Source: Anthoceros angustus (taxonomy: Eukaryota > Plantae > Anthocerotophyta). Taken from it: DNA of 64,000 bases. Shown here piece after piece: positions 61,864 through 64,000 of the stretch. Where the stretch lies: the NCBI GenBank assembly GCA_010909165.1, contig MU008176.1:186001-250000 (forward strand), in the 5' to 3' direction. The position numbers and the translations under genes are program-made. The first letter of the stretch is position 1, and every line of letters starts with the position of its first letter. Below the pieces are notes generated by a model, which was given only the letters and a program-made list of their open reading frames with translations, was not told where the DNA came from and did not search any database.

Positions 61864-64000
61864 ATGCCATGGAATCCGCTTAACTTCCCACTCCAGAACG
61901 TTACTGTTGGAGTTCACTTAGCCTTTTTGGCTGTCTACCTTCTGCTGCACGTGCGCAGCTCCTTTCGCGTCCAATGGCCGGTCTCTGACGCTGTGTCCAC
62001 CGCCCCTCGAAGGATCATCAAGCAGTCTGGGCTGCCCTGGAGGGCTGCATGCTTTTGTTGCCTGTTCCTACTCTCACTGCATCTTGGGCTGTTGTTATTT
62101 ACAACCTACAGCGATTGGGCTCATCGGTCTACGGAACGGGAGGGGACGATAATTGCGTTACTGGCGGCATGGATTGCTATGTGCAGGGAGGTGGATCTTG
62201 TGAGAAAGGAAGGAAAGCAATCCTTCCCTGTCATTCTGCGGGCGTGGTGGATTGCTTCGTTCGCTCTGGCTGTGGCTTCTCTGTCATTGGAGATCGGTGT
62301 ATTTACTGGCCCTTCTTCCGTACCCTGGACGGCTTGGGTGGATCTGGCTGCATTTCCTGCCCGCGTATTGCTGTTCTGGGCTGGTCTGCGAGGTACCACT
62401 GGTGCCCAGCTCGAATCAGAGCTGAATGGCTTAACGGAGGCACTTCTTCACACTCGTTCTGAGGGATCTGGCGCTGAGGAAGAGAATGTTTCTACATACA
62501 GGACAGCTGGCGTTATTTCTTATGTCACTTTTTCCTGGCTAACTCCTCTGCTTGAAATTGGTGCACGGAAGCCTTTGCAGCTCGGCGATATTCCTTTGCA
62601 GGCAGAACAGGACCGTGCAGATTCAGTTTTTCAGCGGCTGACGACCGTCTGGGATGCTCTGAAGGATAAGGAGCATGGGCAAGATCCCTCGATCTATCTT
62701 GTTCTCATAAAAACATTCTGGAAAGAGGTCGTTGTTTCTTCATGGCTGGCTCTCATAGTTGTGCTCGTATTGTTTGTGGGGCCTGTGACGATAGAGTATT
62801 TTGTTGAGTACCTGGGAGGAGAACAGCATTTTGCTTACGAGGGGTACATTTTACCACTCAGTCTCTTTTTGTCCAAGCTGGCTGAGAATGTGTTTACCAG
62901 ACTGCAGTACTTCGAAGTGCAAAAGCTGGGTGTGCAGGTTCGGATTGCTCTGTCGGCACTGGTATTCCAAAAGGGTTTACGACTGTCCAGTATGGCCAAA
63001 CAGGGCCACACCAGCGGTGAAATTGTCAATTACATGACTGTCGATGTTCGCCGTGTTGCAGACTTTGCCTTCTATTTGTCAGACATCTGGATTATACCTT
63101 TGCAAGTTGTCATTGCTCTGGCAGTCCTGTATAAAGTGGTGGGTCTGGCAACTGTGGCAACCTTGGGATCTACTGTCTTGTTTGCTGTTGCCAATGCACC
63201 TATTGGAAAGATGCAAAAACGATTTCAGGATCAAGTTATGACTGCCAAAGATGAGAGAATGAAGGCAACGTCAGAATCTCTGCGGAACATGAGAATATTA
63301 AAGCTTCAAGCATGGGAAGTTCGACACATGGAAAAGCTGGAAAGTCTTAGGAAAGTGGAGTATGGTTGCCTACGAAAGGTCTTGGGAGCTAGAGCTTTGT
63401 TGACGTTTATTTACTACTCTGTGCCGGTCTTTGTGGCGGTGGTTACATTCGGCACCTGTGTTCTGATGGGTATCCCTTTAACAGCTGGGAAAGTCTTCGC
63501 TGCTTTAGCAACCTTTCGCACTCTCCAATCACCAATGATTATGGTGCCTGATTTAATTCAGGTTGCAGCAACGGCAATAGTGTCAGTTGGCCGGCTGGAA
63601 GGTCTCTTCAAAGAGAAAGAGCTGAGACCTGATGCAGTAGAACGTATCGCTGGGCACTCTACTGACATGGCTGTTGAGGTTGAAGGAGGGATTTTCTCTT
63701 GGGACGAATCCTCAGAACAACCAATATTGACTGGGGTTGAGTTGCACGTGCGAAAGGGTGAACGGGTGGCGGTATGTGGTACCGTTGGGTCAGGAAAATC
63801 CAGCCTGTTGTCAGCTATCCTTGGCGAGATGGTGAAATTAGGTGGCTCGGTAGGTTCTATCTTGCATTGGATGTAACATTGAAGTAGTTGTGCCACAGTG
63901 CATGCGGCACATGAGTCTGACTCTTTGCTGTTGATGCAGGTAAAAGTGAGTGGGCAAACAGGTTACGTAGCCCAATCAGCATGGATCCAGAGTGGCAAAA
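61864..64000 (+). CDS. ABC transporter subfamily C (MRP), 5' part (exon 1 61864-63849, exon 2 from 63940, runs off the window)
   Basis: TMD0 helices, FSWLTPLLEIGARKPL, GEIVNYMTVDV.RV, KDERMKATSESLRNMRILKLQAWE, Walker A GTVGSGKSSLL, exon 2 VKVSGQTGYVAQSAWIQSGK; ABCC3/ABCC5-like. Confidence 0.93.

Overview
Eukaryotic nuclear DNA from a non-flowering land plant. The 5.8S motif is GAATTGCAGAATTCC rather than the angiosperm GAATTGCAGAATCC, introns are about 80-130 nt and PLS-class PPR relics are present; a hornwort or lycophyte is my best guess, not established. The window spans the edge of a 45S rDNA array. (1) 1-31.5 kb is a same-strand mosaic of 18S/ITS/5.8S/26S/IGS pieces joined at 7-9 nt microhomologies, with perfectly homogeneous simple-repeat arrays, and is probably largely an assembly or consensus artefact. 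(2) 31.6-33.5 kb is a unique hairpin-rich sequence that replaces the middle of a 26S gene. (3) 33.5-42.1 kb is the only collinear unit (26S 3' end, 3.2 kb IGS with a (TCTAGGG)n telomere-like tract, 18S, ITS1, 5.8S, ITS2, truncated 26S) and shows signs of decay. (4) 42.1-48.3 kb is a boundary zone with an LTR-like W-box/CCAAT cassette, an intronless fungal-looking secreted Cys-rich gene, an NMT pseudogene and PPR pseudogenes, one carrying an OSB-type PDF motif. (5) 48.6-64 kb holds ordinary genes: condensin CAP-D2, the ankyrin-DHHC S-acyltransferase TIP1/PAT24 and the start of an ABCC/MRP transporter. The most promising leads are the 26S-replacing insert, the PDF-PPR fusion, the fungal-like secreted protein and the telomere-like IGS tract. 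No database searches were run; family calls come from motif recognition.
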